Part shown: in pieces, positions 18,244 to 28,603 of the stretch
Layout of the letters: each line of letters starts with the position of its first letter
Position numbering within the stretch: position 1 is the first letter of the stretch
NCBI GenBank assembly: GCA_944326155.1
Contig: CALVCV010000005.1
Span: 2,107-66,106, forward strand
DNA length: 64,000 nt
Reading direction: 5' to 3'
Source: an uncultured Bacilli bacterium
GTDB lineage: Bacteria > Bacillota_I > Bacilli_A > ML615J-28 > CAG-313
Made by a program: the position numbers and the translations under genes
Notes under the pieces: generated by a model
Told to the model about the DNA's origin: nothing
The model's input: the letters and a program-made list of their open reading frames with translations, nothing else
Databases searched by the model: none

Positions 18244-21200
18244 ATGAAAAAGAAAATTATAGCTTTCTTTGTGGTTGCCTTCTTGTTAATTGCTTGCGTT
18301 TCTTGTGAAAAGAAATCACAAAATGGTGAAAATAGTTCGAATGATTCAAGTAAAATTCAACAATTACAAATTCTACGTAGTGATTTAAAACTTACACAAG
18401 ATCAAGTAATGTCACAAATTAAAGCTGATACCATAAAGGAAAATGGTGGTTATCTTGATGATGATGAAATTGTTGTTATTATGAAATTAGAAGACGATTC
18501 GTTAATGGATTCATATCTTGATAAATATGCCAATAAATCTAACTCGATTGCAGACTTTGCTGCAACGAATATAGGTAAAAGCAAGACGCTTAGAATTTTA
18601 CAAAAGCAAGACGCTTTAATTAATGAATTAGTTGCAAAAAAATTAATTAAGAGTGTTGAGTATCAATATACGACAGTTATGAATGCTATTGCGGTAAAAA
18701 TTGTATATAAAAATTTTGCTGCGCTATCGGAAATTGCAAATGTTGAAGCTACTTATATTTCTGATACATATAATTTACCACAATCAGTTAAGGCTGAAAC
18801 TGGTGCTGTTGAAAATATTGTTGATGTATATCCAACTGGAATTTTCAATTCTAGTAGTGTGAATTACACAGGTGAAGGAACAGCAGTTGCAATTCTTGAC
18901 TCAGGATTTGATTGTAGTCATACTGTTTTTTCAACTCAACCTAGTGTACAATTGCTTACTGATAAAGATATTTCTAGTGTATTATCTCGTACTAATGCGG
19001 CTGCTCTATCGGGTGGCGATTTGGAATTAACAGATGTTTATTATAGTAGAAAAATTCCTTTTGTATTTGATTATGCCGATAAAGATAGTGATGTTTTTCC
19101 ATATGATTCAGAACATGGTACACATGTTGCCGGAATTATTGGTGGATCTGATGATGTTGTTACAGGTGTTGCAGTAAATACACAATTGGTATTATTAAAA
19201 GTTTTTCCTGATTTAGATGATGGTGCTGAAACTGATGATATCTTAGCAGCATTAGAAGATGCAGTATTACTTGGTGTTGATGTTATCAATATGTCGCTTG
19301 GATCTTCTTGTGGATTTAGTCGTGAATACGATAATGATGCTATCAATGAAGTATATGATATGATTAATGAAAGTGGTATTAGTTTGATTACTGCTGCAAG
19401 TAATAGTTATAGTTCATCTTTTGGTGGTGAACAAGGTAACACTAACATGGTTACAAATCCCGATTCAGGTACAGTTGGTTCGCCATCTACATATCCTGCT
19501 GCACTATCTGTTGCTTCAATAAGTGGTATAAAGAGCAAATATATGATTGGTAATGATTCACAAATTTTCTTTTTTAAAGAATCAAACAATATCAATGGTG
19601 ATGAAAATGATTTCTTTAAAGAAATTGGCTTAAAAGAAGGCGAAACAAAAACTTATGAATACGTTACTGTCCCTGGTGTTGGTTTACAAGTAAACTATGC
19701 TACTTTAGGAGATTTAACAGGTAAAATCGTTTTGGTTAGACGTGGTGATAATACTTTTGAAGAAAAAGCCCAAATTGCCAAAAATGCTGGTGCCTTAGCT
19801 TGTATCATTTATAACAATGTTGAAGGGGACATTTTAATGTCAATGGGAAAAAGCGACCACATTCCAACCATTTCAATTTCTAAAGATGATGGTGTAAAGT
19901 TGGCTGCTAAAGATCGTGGTACTTTAACACTTAGTTATGATTATCAAGCTGGACCTTTTATATCAGATTTCTCTAGTTGGGGTCCAACAGGATCTTTAGA
20001 ATTAAAACCTGAAATTACAGCTCATGGTGGTAATATTTTGTCATCTGTTCCTGGTGGAGGATACGACCAAATTAGTGGTACATCAATGGCTACACCAAAT
20101 CTTAGTGGTATTGTTGTATTAATTAGACAATATTTAAAAGAACTATATCCTAACTATTCTGCTAAAGAAATTGCTGTTTTAACTAATCAATTATTGATGT
20201 CTACCGCAACTATTGCAAATAACGAAGTAGGACTTCCTTATTCACCAAGAAAACAAGGAGCAGGTCTTGCTAGCTTATACAATTCAGTAAACACCAAAGC
20301 GTATATTACAGTTGATGGATCTGATCGTACAAAATTAGAATTATTTGATGATCCTAAAAGAACTGGTGTCTACACTATGGAATTTAATGTTGTCAACTTA
20401 TCAAATAGTGCAATTAGTTATAATCTTGAGTTAATTGGTATGACAGAAACTGTTTCTTCATCAGATGATAAACACGTTGCTGAAATGCCTCAAATTTTAA
20501 ATGGTCAAACTACTTATGAATTAATGAATGATGGCGGTAGTTTAAATGGCAATACTTTAGTTTTAAATGCTAATCAAACTGCTAAAATTAAAGCTATATA
20601 TCGTTTAAGTGATGTAGATAAAGAAATCATTGAAACATCATTCCCTTATGGTATGTATGTTGAAGGCTTTGTTAAACTTGTTGCTATAGACGAAAATGAA
20701 ATTAGTTTAAATGTTCCATTCCTTGCTTTCTATGGCGATTGGACAGAAGCACCAATGTTTGATAAAACATATTATGAAGTTGATGCCGAAGCAAATAATC
20801 CTTCTATTAATGAAGAAGATAAATTAAAAGCTGATTATTTTGCGACAACTCCATATGGTTCATATTATTATAACTATATTATTCCGCTTGGAACTTATTT
20901 ATATGATATTGATACAACCTTATATGATGTTATTCCAGCATCAAAAGATAAGATTGCCATTTCTAATATTCTTGGTACAATAGATGGTATATCAACCATT
21001 TATGGTGGTTTATTAAGAAATGCCAAAGAAATGCGTTATACAATTGTTGATAAATTAACTGGTGAAGTAGTTTATAGTTATACAGATTATAATGCTAATA
21101 AAGCTTATTCTTTAGGTGGCGGACCAATACCATATTATGATTTCTTAGATATCAGTTCTTATCAACTAGGATTAGTTAACAATCGTGAATATGAATTTAA

Positions 21201-24200
21201 AATGCAAGCTTTATTAGATTATGGTGATGGTGGCGAAAATACCAACGTAAGAAATACTTTTGAATTTGATTTCTTCGCTGATGATGAAGCCCCAGTGTTA
21301 AAAGATGCAACATATGAAAAAATTTATGATGAAAATCTAAAGAAAGATCGTTATTACATTACACTTACAGTTTACGATAATCATTATGCACAATCAATTA
21401 CGCCAATTATTTTTACATCAAATGAAAGCTATTCATTTTTAACAGAAAACCCAATTCCTATTTATGGCGAAAAAGGAAAAGATACAAAAGTTCGATTTGA
21501 AATTACTGATTTCTTAGCTGACATCGGTGAAGATGCCTTGATTACAAGTGCACTTGCTTTCTCAATTGATGATTATGCTTTAAATTCTAATATATATTTA
21601 TGCCAACTTCCTGGTACAAAAGGTGATTTTAAATTTACTAAAAATGGTGAATTGGATGGTAGTGATTTAGTCATCTTATCAATGTATGAGGATGAAGTAG
21701 TTGATTTAACTCAATATCTTGCGACAGCTGATTCAACAGTTGATGCTAACAAAGACTATTTAAAATATTTAGTTTGGTCATCATCTAATGAAAAAGTAGC
21801 AACTGTTCAAGATGGTGAAGTAAGAGGAATTGCTCCAGGTAGAACAACCATTACTGTTCAAGAACAAATGGATTTAAAACAAGCTGTTTTGATTATTAAT
21901 GTTAAAGAACGTTCTACGAATATGCTTACAGATGCTAAACAAAATCTTGCTGAAACAAGAGATATTGAAAATGTAAATGATGAAAAAATTAAAGAAATTC
22001 GATTCTCTTATTTTGAAACTTTATTTGCTTATTCAAGAGCTGCACAAACAAGTGAAATTGGTTCAACAGGTAGTAAAATATTTATTTCAAGTTTACCTTC
22101 AATTAATTTTTTTCCTGGTGAAAAAATTAAACTTTATTATGATTTAGATCCTTGGTATGTTGCAGATCAATATGAGGTATCGTATTCTTCAACAAATCCA
22201 TCAGTAGCAAGTGTTGATCAAAATGGCGTAGTAACAGGTCTTAAAAAAGGCAATACAACAATTGTTTTAACGGTTGCTGGTTCTAACATTATGGCAAGAA
22301 TTAGAGTAACAGTTAAAAGTGAATTTGTTATTGAAGATAGAATACTAGTCGCCTATAAAGGTTTAGGTGGCGATGTTGTAATTCCTGATGATGAAGGTAT
22401 TTATGCAATTGGTGCCTATGCTTTCTGTTTGTATGAAACAGATATGAGTGTTGATTTACCAGAAGATGACTATGATGCAAATAAAATACCATCAGCAAAT
22501 ACAACAATTAAATCGGTAACCATTCCAAGTGGCGTTGAAGAAATTCAAAAATATGCGTTTTATAATTGCTCTGGTCTTGAAAGAGTAGTTTTACCTGATA
22601 CAATTAAATTTATTAGAGAATATGCTTTTTATAAAGATGTTAAATTACAAAATATTAATTTGAATAATGTTTTATCAATTGGTGCTTATGCTTTTTATCA
22701 ATGTGAATTATTAAATAATATTGCACTTGATAGAGCCTATGCAATAGGAAAAAATGCCTTTGATGGTTGCATTTCTTTAGAATCAATTGATCTTAGTGCT
22801 TTAAGAAACTCTGGGCAAGAAACATTTAAAAATTGTACAGCCTTAAGAAATGTTGTTTTTGCATTAAATACTAAACTTTCTTATGCAATGTTTGTTGGTA
22901 GTGGAATTGAAAACGTAACATTATATGAGACAGTTGAAATTCCTGATTTTTGTTTTGCAAAATGTGAAAATTTAACTATTGTTACTCTTGAATCATCACT
23001 TATTAAAATTGGCAAAGGTGCATTTAGTGAATGTCCTAAGTTAACTGATGTAAATCTTAAAGGAACAGTTGATGCCATTGATGAACAAGCATTCTATAGT
23101 TGTCCTTCTTTAGTGGTATTTACATTGCCTAATTCAGAAGTTACACTTGGCGCATATGTTTTCTATCAATGTGAAAACTTAGAAGAAGTAAAATTTAATG
23201 CTTTGACAAAAGTAAACAATCTATCAGGTTCTGCTTTTGAAGGTACTAAAGTTGAACGCTTTACAATCGATGGAAATAATACAAATTATAACTTTGATGG
23301 AACTTATTTACTTAACAAAGAAGAAGATGCAATTATCTTTGTTTTACCAACATTAAGTGAAAAAGTACTTACTATTCCTGTTAATATTTTAACAATTGGC
23401 GTAGGTTCATTTAGTGGCTTACCTGTTGAAGAAATCACAATTACAAATCCTGATACGGTTATTGAAGGATATGCTTTTGCAAATTGTAAGTCTTTGGTAA
23501 AAGTAACTTTACCTCTTCAAAATAATATTATTATCAAAGAACATGCATTTAATTATACGGAAAAATTAGCTGAGATTACAAACTTAGATCAAGTTAAAAA
23601 TATTGGTGATTATGCATTTGCTAATAGTAATATAAGAAATGTAACCCTTGCTTCTAATGCCACTTTTGGTGAAGGTGCTTTCTTTCAATCTAAAATAGTT
23701 GAAGTAACTATTGGTGCCAATTCGACATTTGGTCTTGGTGTTTTCCAAAATTGTACGGTTTTAACAACTGTAAATATGCCACAAGAAGGTGGTGTTCATT
23801 TTGGTATAGCTTGCTTTGCTAACGATATAGAACTTAGTACAATTGACTTATCTAAAGTAGATAGTATAATAGAAAACGAAACATTTTATGGTTGTGCCAA
23901 ACTTGCAAAAGCAGAGCTTCTTCAAGTGGAAAAAATTGGTGATTATGCATTTAGCGATTGTGCTTCACTTACTTACTTAAGTATGCCTAAGATTGTAGAA
24001 ATTGGCGAAGGTGCTTTTTCTAGATATGATGAAAATGGTGGTGCACCACAATTTATGGAAGTCCTTCTACCTAGTACTTTAAAAATAGTCAAAGATGGTG
24101 CATTTTTAGGTTGTGAAGGTTTAACAACTATGATTTTGCCTTCTTCAATCGAAAAAATTGGTGATTTCATTTTTGCTTATTGCATCAATTTAATTGAAGT

Positions 24201-25698
24201 AGAATTACCAGAAAATATGAAATATGTTGGTCAATATAGTTTTGCAGGATGCACAGCATTGACGAGTATCAATTTAGGAAATGTTGAAGAAATTGCGGAT
24301 TATGCTTTTACTTCAGCTGAAAGCCTAGAAAGAGTCGATTTAACAAATGTTAAAAAGATTGGATATGGTAGTTTTGCTAGTACTATGGTTAGTGGTAATC
24401 ATCAATTGAATCAATTAGAAAGTGTTGGCGATTATGCTTTTCAAGGAACATATTTAATTACCTTTGAAGCACCAAATCTTAAAAAGATTGGAGTTGCCGC
24501 ATTTGAAAATAATCCATTATTAACTTCATTTATATTCAGTGATTCTTTAGAAGAAATGGGTATGAAGGCATTTGATGGATGTATAAGTCTAACAAATTAT
24601 TACTATTTAGATGAAAATGGCCAAAAACAAATAACAGCTGAATTAAATGATTATGCATATTTAAATAATAATGTATTATATACAAAGCTTCCTAATGGTC
24701 AATATCAACTTTCATCTGTTCCGACTGCTTTAGATATTGATGTTTTAGTGGTAGATGAAGGAACATATCGTGTTGATGATTACGCAGGAAGCCAAAATGC
24801 CAATATTGAAAAAATTATTTTGCCAGATACATTAAAATTAATTGGTGATTATGCATTCTATAAATATACGAATTTAAAAGAAGTTGAATTTAAATCATTT
24901 AGTGCTCCTATTCTTGAGGATTATTATGATCCTAATGCGGTACTATTAGAAACTGATCCTGGCTATGAATTATTACATGCTCACTTTGATTTATTTGGTT
25001 ATGAACTTTACTACTTTAATTTTGTTGATTTAGTAGGAAAGAATGAACCAATTATGATGACTCTTCCTGCAAATGCTGATATTGAAGGATATGACTCAAT
25101 TGTATATGAAGCATATTTTGGTAAAGTGACTGATGCCAAACGCTCTACTTATGAAGCAATGAGCAAGTACATGATTGAGTTTATTGAAAATGCCAATTTG
25201 ATTAAAAATATCGAAATTGTTAACTTATCACATGAAGAATTAATTAATGATGCAATTACTGCATATAATGCAATCAAACAAGATCCAATACAATTTGGTT
25301 TTACTCAAAATGAATGGGACCTCCTTGTAGCTAAAGTATTTGAAGCAAGAGAAGTTTTAATGGCTAAGAAATTAGCTGTTGCTCCATTAGAAGTCCAAAA
25401 TCTGCAAGTTGAAATCAATAATTTACCTACAACATTCAATATTAGTTTATTAGAAACCTTAAAGACACTTTCAACAAGAATCAATAATTTAAAAGCGGAT
25501 GATAGATTAGTTCTAAATTTAACAAATTATAATAATTTAATTTCATCTTATAATGAATATCTTGCTAATGTTGAAGATGAAATCACTCCAACAATTGACG
25601 CAATTGATAATACAATTGTCTATGTTGTGGTATCTAGTATTACCGGTGTATCACTTCTTGCAATGGCATTTGTAATGAAAAGATTTTTACTTAAATAG
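18244..25698 (+). CDS. Cell-envelope S8 serine protease (lactocepin/C5a-peptidase type) with PA, Fn3-like and two Big_2 domains, a long BspA-type LRR array and a C-terminal TM anchor
   Basis: Triad ILDSG (D219), HGTHVAG (H291), GTSMA (S614); PA domain GKIVLVRRG..FEEK..A; SPRKQGAG; WSSSNEKVATV and YSSTNPSVASV; many IGxYAFxxCxxL repeats (~22300-24900); N-terminal lipobox LIAC; C-terminal hydrophobic helix + KRFLLK. Confidence 0.92.
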   Translation: MKKKIIAFFVVAFLLIACVSCEKKSQNGENSSNDSSKIQQLQILRSDLKLTQDQVMSQIKADTIKENGGYLDDDEIVVIMKLEDDSLMDSYLDKYANKSNSIADFAATNIGKSKTLRILQKQDALINELVAKKLIKSVEYQYTTVMNAIAVKIVYKNFAALSEIANVEATYISDTYNLPQSVKAETGAVENIVDVYPTGIFNSSSVNYTGEGTAVAILDSGFDCSHTVFSTQPSVQLLTDKDISSVLSRTNAAALSGGDLELTDVYYSRKIPFVFDYADKDSDVFPYDSEHGTHVAGIIGGSDDVVTGVAVNTQLVLLKVFPDLDDGAETDDILAALEDAVLLGVDVINMSLGSSCGFSREYDNDAINEVYDMINESGISLITAASNSYSSSFGGEQGNTNMVTNPDSGTVGSPSTYPAALSVASISGIKSKYMIGNDSQIFFFKESNNINGDENDFFKEIGLKEGETKTYEYVTVPGVGLQVNYATLGDLTGKIVLVRRGDNTFEEKAQIAKNAGALACIIYNNVEGDILMSMGKSDHIPTISISKDDGVKLAAKDRGTLTLSYDYQAGPFISDFSSWGPTGSLELKPEITAHGGNILSSVPGGGYDQISGTSMATPNLSGIVVLIRQYLKELYPNYSAKEIAVLTNQLLMSTATIANNEVGLPYSPRKQGAGLASLYNSVNTKAYITVDGSDRTKLELFDDPKRTGVYTMEFNVVNLSNSAISYNLELIGMTETVSSSDDKHVAEMPQILNGQTTYELMNDGGSLNGNTLVLNANQTAKIKAIYRLSDVDKEIIETSFPYGMYVEGFVKLVAIDENEISLNVPFLAFYGDWTEAPMFDKTYYEVDAEANNPSINEEDKLKADYFATTPYGSYYYNYIIPLGTYLYDIDTTLYDVIPASKDKIAISNILGTIDGISTIYGGLLRNAKEMRYTIVDKLTGEVVYSYTDYNANKAYSLGGGPIPYYDFLDISSYQLGLVNNREYEFKMQALLDYGDGGENTNVRNTFEFDFFADDEAPVLKDATYEKIYDENLKKDRYYITLTVYDNHYAQSITPIIFTSNESYSFLTENPIPIYGEKGKDTKVRFEITDFLADIGEDALITSALAFSIDDYALNSNIYLCQLPGTKGDFKFTKNGELDGSDLVILSMYEDEVVDLTQYLATADSTVDANKDYLKYLVWSSSNEKVATVQDGEVRGIAPGRTTITVQEQMDLKQAVLIINVKERSTNMLTDAKQNLAETRDIENVNDEKIKEIRFSYFETLFAYSRAAQTSEIGSTGSKIFISSLPSINFFPGEKIKLYYDLDPWYVADQYEVSYSSTNPSVASVDQNGVVTGLKKGNTTIVLTVAGSNIMARIRVTVKSEFVIEDRILVAYKGLGGDVVIPDDEGIYAIGAYAFCLYETDMSVDLPEDDYDANKIPSANTTIKSVTIPSGVEEIQKYAFYNCSGLERVVLPDTIKFIREYAFYKDVKLQNINLNNVLSIGAYAFYQCELLNNIALDRAYAIGKNAFDGCISLESIDLSALRNSGQETFKNCTALRNVVFALNTKLSYAMFVGSGIENVTLYETVEIPDFCFAKCENLTIVTLESSLIKIGKGAFSECPKLTDVNLKGTVDAIDEQAFYSCPSLVVFTLPNSEVTLGAYVFYQCENLEEVKFNALTKVNNLSGSAFEGTKVERFTIDGNNTNYNFDGTYLLNKEEDAIIFVLPTLSEKVLTIPVNILTIGVGSFSGLPVEEITITNPDTVIEGYAFANCKSLVKVTLPLQNNIIIKEHAFNYTEKLAEITNLDQVKNIGDYAFANSNIRNVTLASNATFGEGAFFQSKIVEVTIGANSTFGLGVFQNCTVLTTVNMPQEGGVHFGIACFANDIELSTIDLSKVDSIIENETFYGCAKLAKAELLQVEKIGDYAFSDCASLTYLSMPKIVEIGEGAFSRYDENGGAPQFMEVLLPSTLKIVKDGAFLGCEGLTTMILPSSIEKIGDFIFAYCINLIEVELPENMKYVGQYSFAGCTALTSINLGNVEEIADYAFTSAESLERVDLTNVKKIGYGSFASTMVSGNHQLNQLESVGDYAFQGTYLITFEAPNLKKIGVAAFENNPLLTSFIFSDSLEEMGMKAFDGCISLTNYYYLDENGQKQITAELNDYAYLNNNVLYTKLPNGQYQLSSVPTALDIDVLVVDEGTYRVDDYAGSQNANIEKIILPDTLKLIGDYAFYKYTNLKEVEFKSFSAPILEDYYDPNAVLLETDPGYELLHAHFDLFGYELYYFNFVDLVGKNEPIMMTLPANADIEGYDSIVYEAYFGKVTDAKRSTYEAMSKYMIEFIENANLIKNIEIVNLSHEELINDAITAYNAIKQDPIQFGFTQNEWDLLVAKVFEAREVLMAKKLAVAPLEVQNLQVEINNLPTTFNISLLETLKTLSTRINNLKADDRLVLNLTNYNNLISSYNEYLANVEDEITPTIDAIDNTIVYVVVSSITGVSLLAMAFVMKRFLLK

Positions 25699-25707
25699 GA
25701 GGGCTAT

Positions 25708-26268
25708 ATGAAGAAGAAAACAATTATAATTATATCTATTTGTGTAGCTGTTGCTATTTTAGTAACGATTTTATGCATTCTTTTATTTGGTGGAAAATTG
25801 CAAAAACAAGTGAAAAATATTCAAAAATCAATGAATGATGTTGAAAACATTACGGCTACGATATCTGTTATGGATACGGAAGTATTGGTTTATCAATATA
25901 TCAAAGAAGTCGATTTATTAAATGATAATAGCGCTGATATAACAGTTACAACTAGAACTCTAAATTCTAGTTATGAATTAAGTGATACAACAAATGTAAT
26001 GCATCAACCTACTATAAATCGTAAAGATTTATTCCAAATGACTTTAGAAAAGAAATATCTATCTAGTTATCAAATAAAAGATGGTACATTGACATTTACT
26101 GTTTCTAAAGAAAATATCAAAAAGGTATTGAATAGCGAAAATTTTGTATCTATAGGTGATATTGAATTTACAATCATTTTTAATGGTAAACAAATTCAAT
26201 CAATGAAATGTATTTTCCAAACAGCATCGTTAAAAGATGTAACGATTGATATTATCTATCAATATTAA
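25708..26268 (+). CDS. Membrane-anchored hypothetical surface protein (possible LolA/LppX-like fold)
   Basis: N-terminal TM anchor, then a helix followed by beta-rich sequence; RBS GGAGG. Confidence 0.6.
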   Translation: MKKKTIIIISICVAVAILVTILCILLFGGKLQKQVKNIQKSMNDVENITATISVMDTEVLVYQYIKEVDLLNDNSADITVTTRTLNSSYELSDTTNVMHQPTINRKDLFQMTLEKKYLSSYQIKDGTLTFTVSKENIKKVLNSENFVSIGDIEFTIIFNGKQIQSMKCIFQTASLKDVTIDIIYQY

Positions 26269-26287
26269 GGAGGATTAAGAAGAAAAA

Positions 26288-28585
26288 ATGAAAAAAATAT
26301 TAGTTATATTGTTAGCATTTTTAGGACTAATGTCAATTGCTTCTTGTAAATCTTGTAATGAAAAAGATACATTAGAAACACCTAAAAATCTTACAATTAG
26401 CCAAACAGGACTCATTACTTGGGATAAAGTAAATAATGCTACAGGATATGTTGTTTATATTAATGAAAATCCATATAGTGTTTCAACGAATCAATATCAA
26501 GTAAATGATTTAACAAAAGATTTTACTTATCGTGTATATGCTGTGGGTGAAAATTATTTAGACTCAGCATCTACCGAAACACAGACTTATAAAGCCGTTG
26601 TAAAACCTCCAATACAAAATGAAGATATTACAATCGGTATTAGCGGACCATCTGAAGTAAAGGTTGGCCAAAGCATTAAATTAGTTGCAACAGTAGATGG
26701 TACAACCAATAAAGAAGTTATTTGGTCAATTAAAAATAATTTAAATTATGCGACTATTCAAAGTGATGGTACTCTTGTTGCTGAAGAATTAACTGGTGAT
26801 CAAATCATTGAAGTAGTCGCAACAAGTCAAGCTGATTCAGGCATTTTTGCTACTAAAGTTATCACAATTGTTGCAAGACCAGTCTTAACACAAGAAATGT
26901 TAAATAAATTAAATGAAAATCGTATCTCTTTTGAAGGCTATTTGAATATTAGTTTATATACTCTTGGGCTATTTGAAAAATTAGATTCTACAAATGTTAT
27001 AAATGTAAAAACGTCAATGGATGGGACTAACTGGTATGCACAATATGAAAATGGTAACACTGGTACAATTATGGATTTATATTATAAAAATCATAATGAT
27101 AAAGCTTGTCAAGTTGGTGTAAGTTTGATGAATGAAGAAGAGTTTTTTCCAATGTTAAATGATGATGGTAGTGAAGTATCTTTTGAGGATGCTGGATTAT
27201 ATAATAGTTTAAAAGATTTAAGCGTAAGTGATTTTACTTTCAATGATGATACTTGGCGTTATGAATATACTGGTAGTGATACTACTTTAGCAAGTAAGGT
27301 TGTTGCTTCTGCTAACCCATATGATTTTGTTCCTACTGGTTTTGCCTTAATCATTGAAGAATCAGAAATTATGGGAATTTATTCTAAGAGTGAACCTGAC
27401 TATACTTTATCTCAAGGTTTTAAAGCTATTCAAGAATTAGTTGTTACACTTAACCTAGGCGATAGCGTTGAAGTTCCTACAATTTCAAAATATAGTCATG
27501 ATGAAATTCATGATGAACTACAAGTTGCTATTGATAATATGATGGCTCTTACTTCTTATCGCTTAGACTTTAAAGAAATTACAGCTACTTATATGACACC
27601 AACTCCAACAGAAAGTGGATTTACGGAATATATTACAAGTACTGATAGTTACTTTATGCCGTATGAAGTATCATATGATGCACAATTAAATGAGATTCAT
27701 ACTTATCTTGAAAATGGTAGTTATGGTTTCAAAAAAATAAGTGATACTTTATATAATAGTTACTATCAAGATACAGATGGTTCATATTATGCTACAAGAG
27801 CATATGAAGATAATTTTAAAAATGCTAGACCATCATTTGGTTTTGCGGCTGAAATTTTTAGATCATATTATGAAGATACAGAGATGGGCACAACAACATA
27901 CTACGTTGATGATGCTATGAGCTCTGTTGCTTCAACATTCTATTTTGGCGTTGGTAACGATATTAATTTATATGGTTTATTTGCGACACGTGGATATACA
28001 TCAGAAACTGAGTCATTTACACCATATATTGTTGTAAAAGATGGTTATATTATTGAAGCTTGCTTTTATTTTTATATTGGTTCAATTTATGGCGTTGTAG
28101 AACTTAAATATGATGAATTTAATACTGCTACAATACCATCTAATGCAAATATTGAGTTTGAAACAAGAGAAGTTCCAACTTCATGGAATCAACTTACTAT
28201 TGAAGTTACTGAAGATTTTAATCCTTCAACTGCTGAAGATATTACAGTTAATGCGTTAGATTATTTTAAAGAATATTTTGTAAATGATAATATTGATAAT
28301 GAATTACCATTTTTTGGCAATGTATTAGGTGATACATATGGCTTTGGTTTAACAACTATTTATGTCCCTGAAGGACAAACAAGTGCCGAACAAGCTGTTG
28401 TATTGTATTATGATGTGCCTCTTGATATGAATTATACAATTGATTCATCATTAAGAGCAGTCGAAAATTACCTTTTATCATTAGGCTTTGTTCGTGATGA
28501 TAATGGTAATTATGAAAAAGGCAATATTAATATTGCTCCAACTGATTATAGTTTAGATTTACTAATCTATGTTTGGAAGGATTAA
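26288..28585 (+). CDS. Hypothetical lipoprotein (Fn3-like + Ig-like N-terminus; core paralogous to 28604..31108)
   Basis: Lipobox SIASC; LETPKNL..ITWDKVNNATGYVVY; KEVIWSI..ATIQSDGTL. Confidence 0.7.
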   Translation: MKKILVILLAFLGLMSIASCKSCNEKDTLETPKNLTISQTGLITWDKVNNATGYVVYINENPYSVSTNQYQVNDLTKDFTYRVYAVGENYLDSASTETQTYKAVVKPPIQNEDITIGISGPSEVKVGQSIKLVATVDGTTNKEVIWSIKNNLNYATIQSDGTLVAEELTGDQIIEVVATSQADSGIFATKVITIVARPVLTQEMLNKLNENRISFEGYLNISLYTLGLFEKLDSTNVINVKTSMDGTNWYAQYENGNTGTIMDLYYKNHNDKACQVGVSLMNEEEFFPMLNDDGSEVSFEDAGLYNSLKDLSVSDFTFNDDTWRYEYTGSDTTLASKVVASANPYDFVPTGFALIIEESEIMGIYSKSEPDYTLSQGFKAIQELVVTLNLGDSVEVPTISKYSHDEIHDELQVAIDNMMALTSYRLDFKEITATYMTPTPTESGFTEYITSTDSYFMPYEVSYDAQLNEIHTYLENGSYGFKKISDTLYNSYYQDTDGSYYATRAYEDNFKNARPSFGFAAEIFRSYYEDTEMGTTTYYVDDAMSSVASTFYFGVGNDINLYGLFATRGYTSETESFTPYIVVKDGYIIEACFYFYIGSIYGVVELKYDEFNTATIPSNANIEFETREVPTSWNQLTIEVTEDFNPSTAEDITVNALDYFKEYFVNDNIDNELPFFGNVLGDTYGFGLTTIYVPEGQTSAEQAVVLYYDVPLDMNYTIDSSLRAVENYLLSLGFVRDDNGNYEKGNINIAPTDYSLDLLIYVWKD

Positions 28586-28603
28586 TGTTAGGAAAGGAAA
28601 CAT

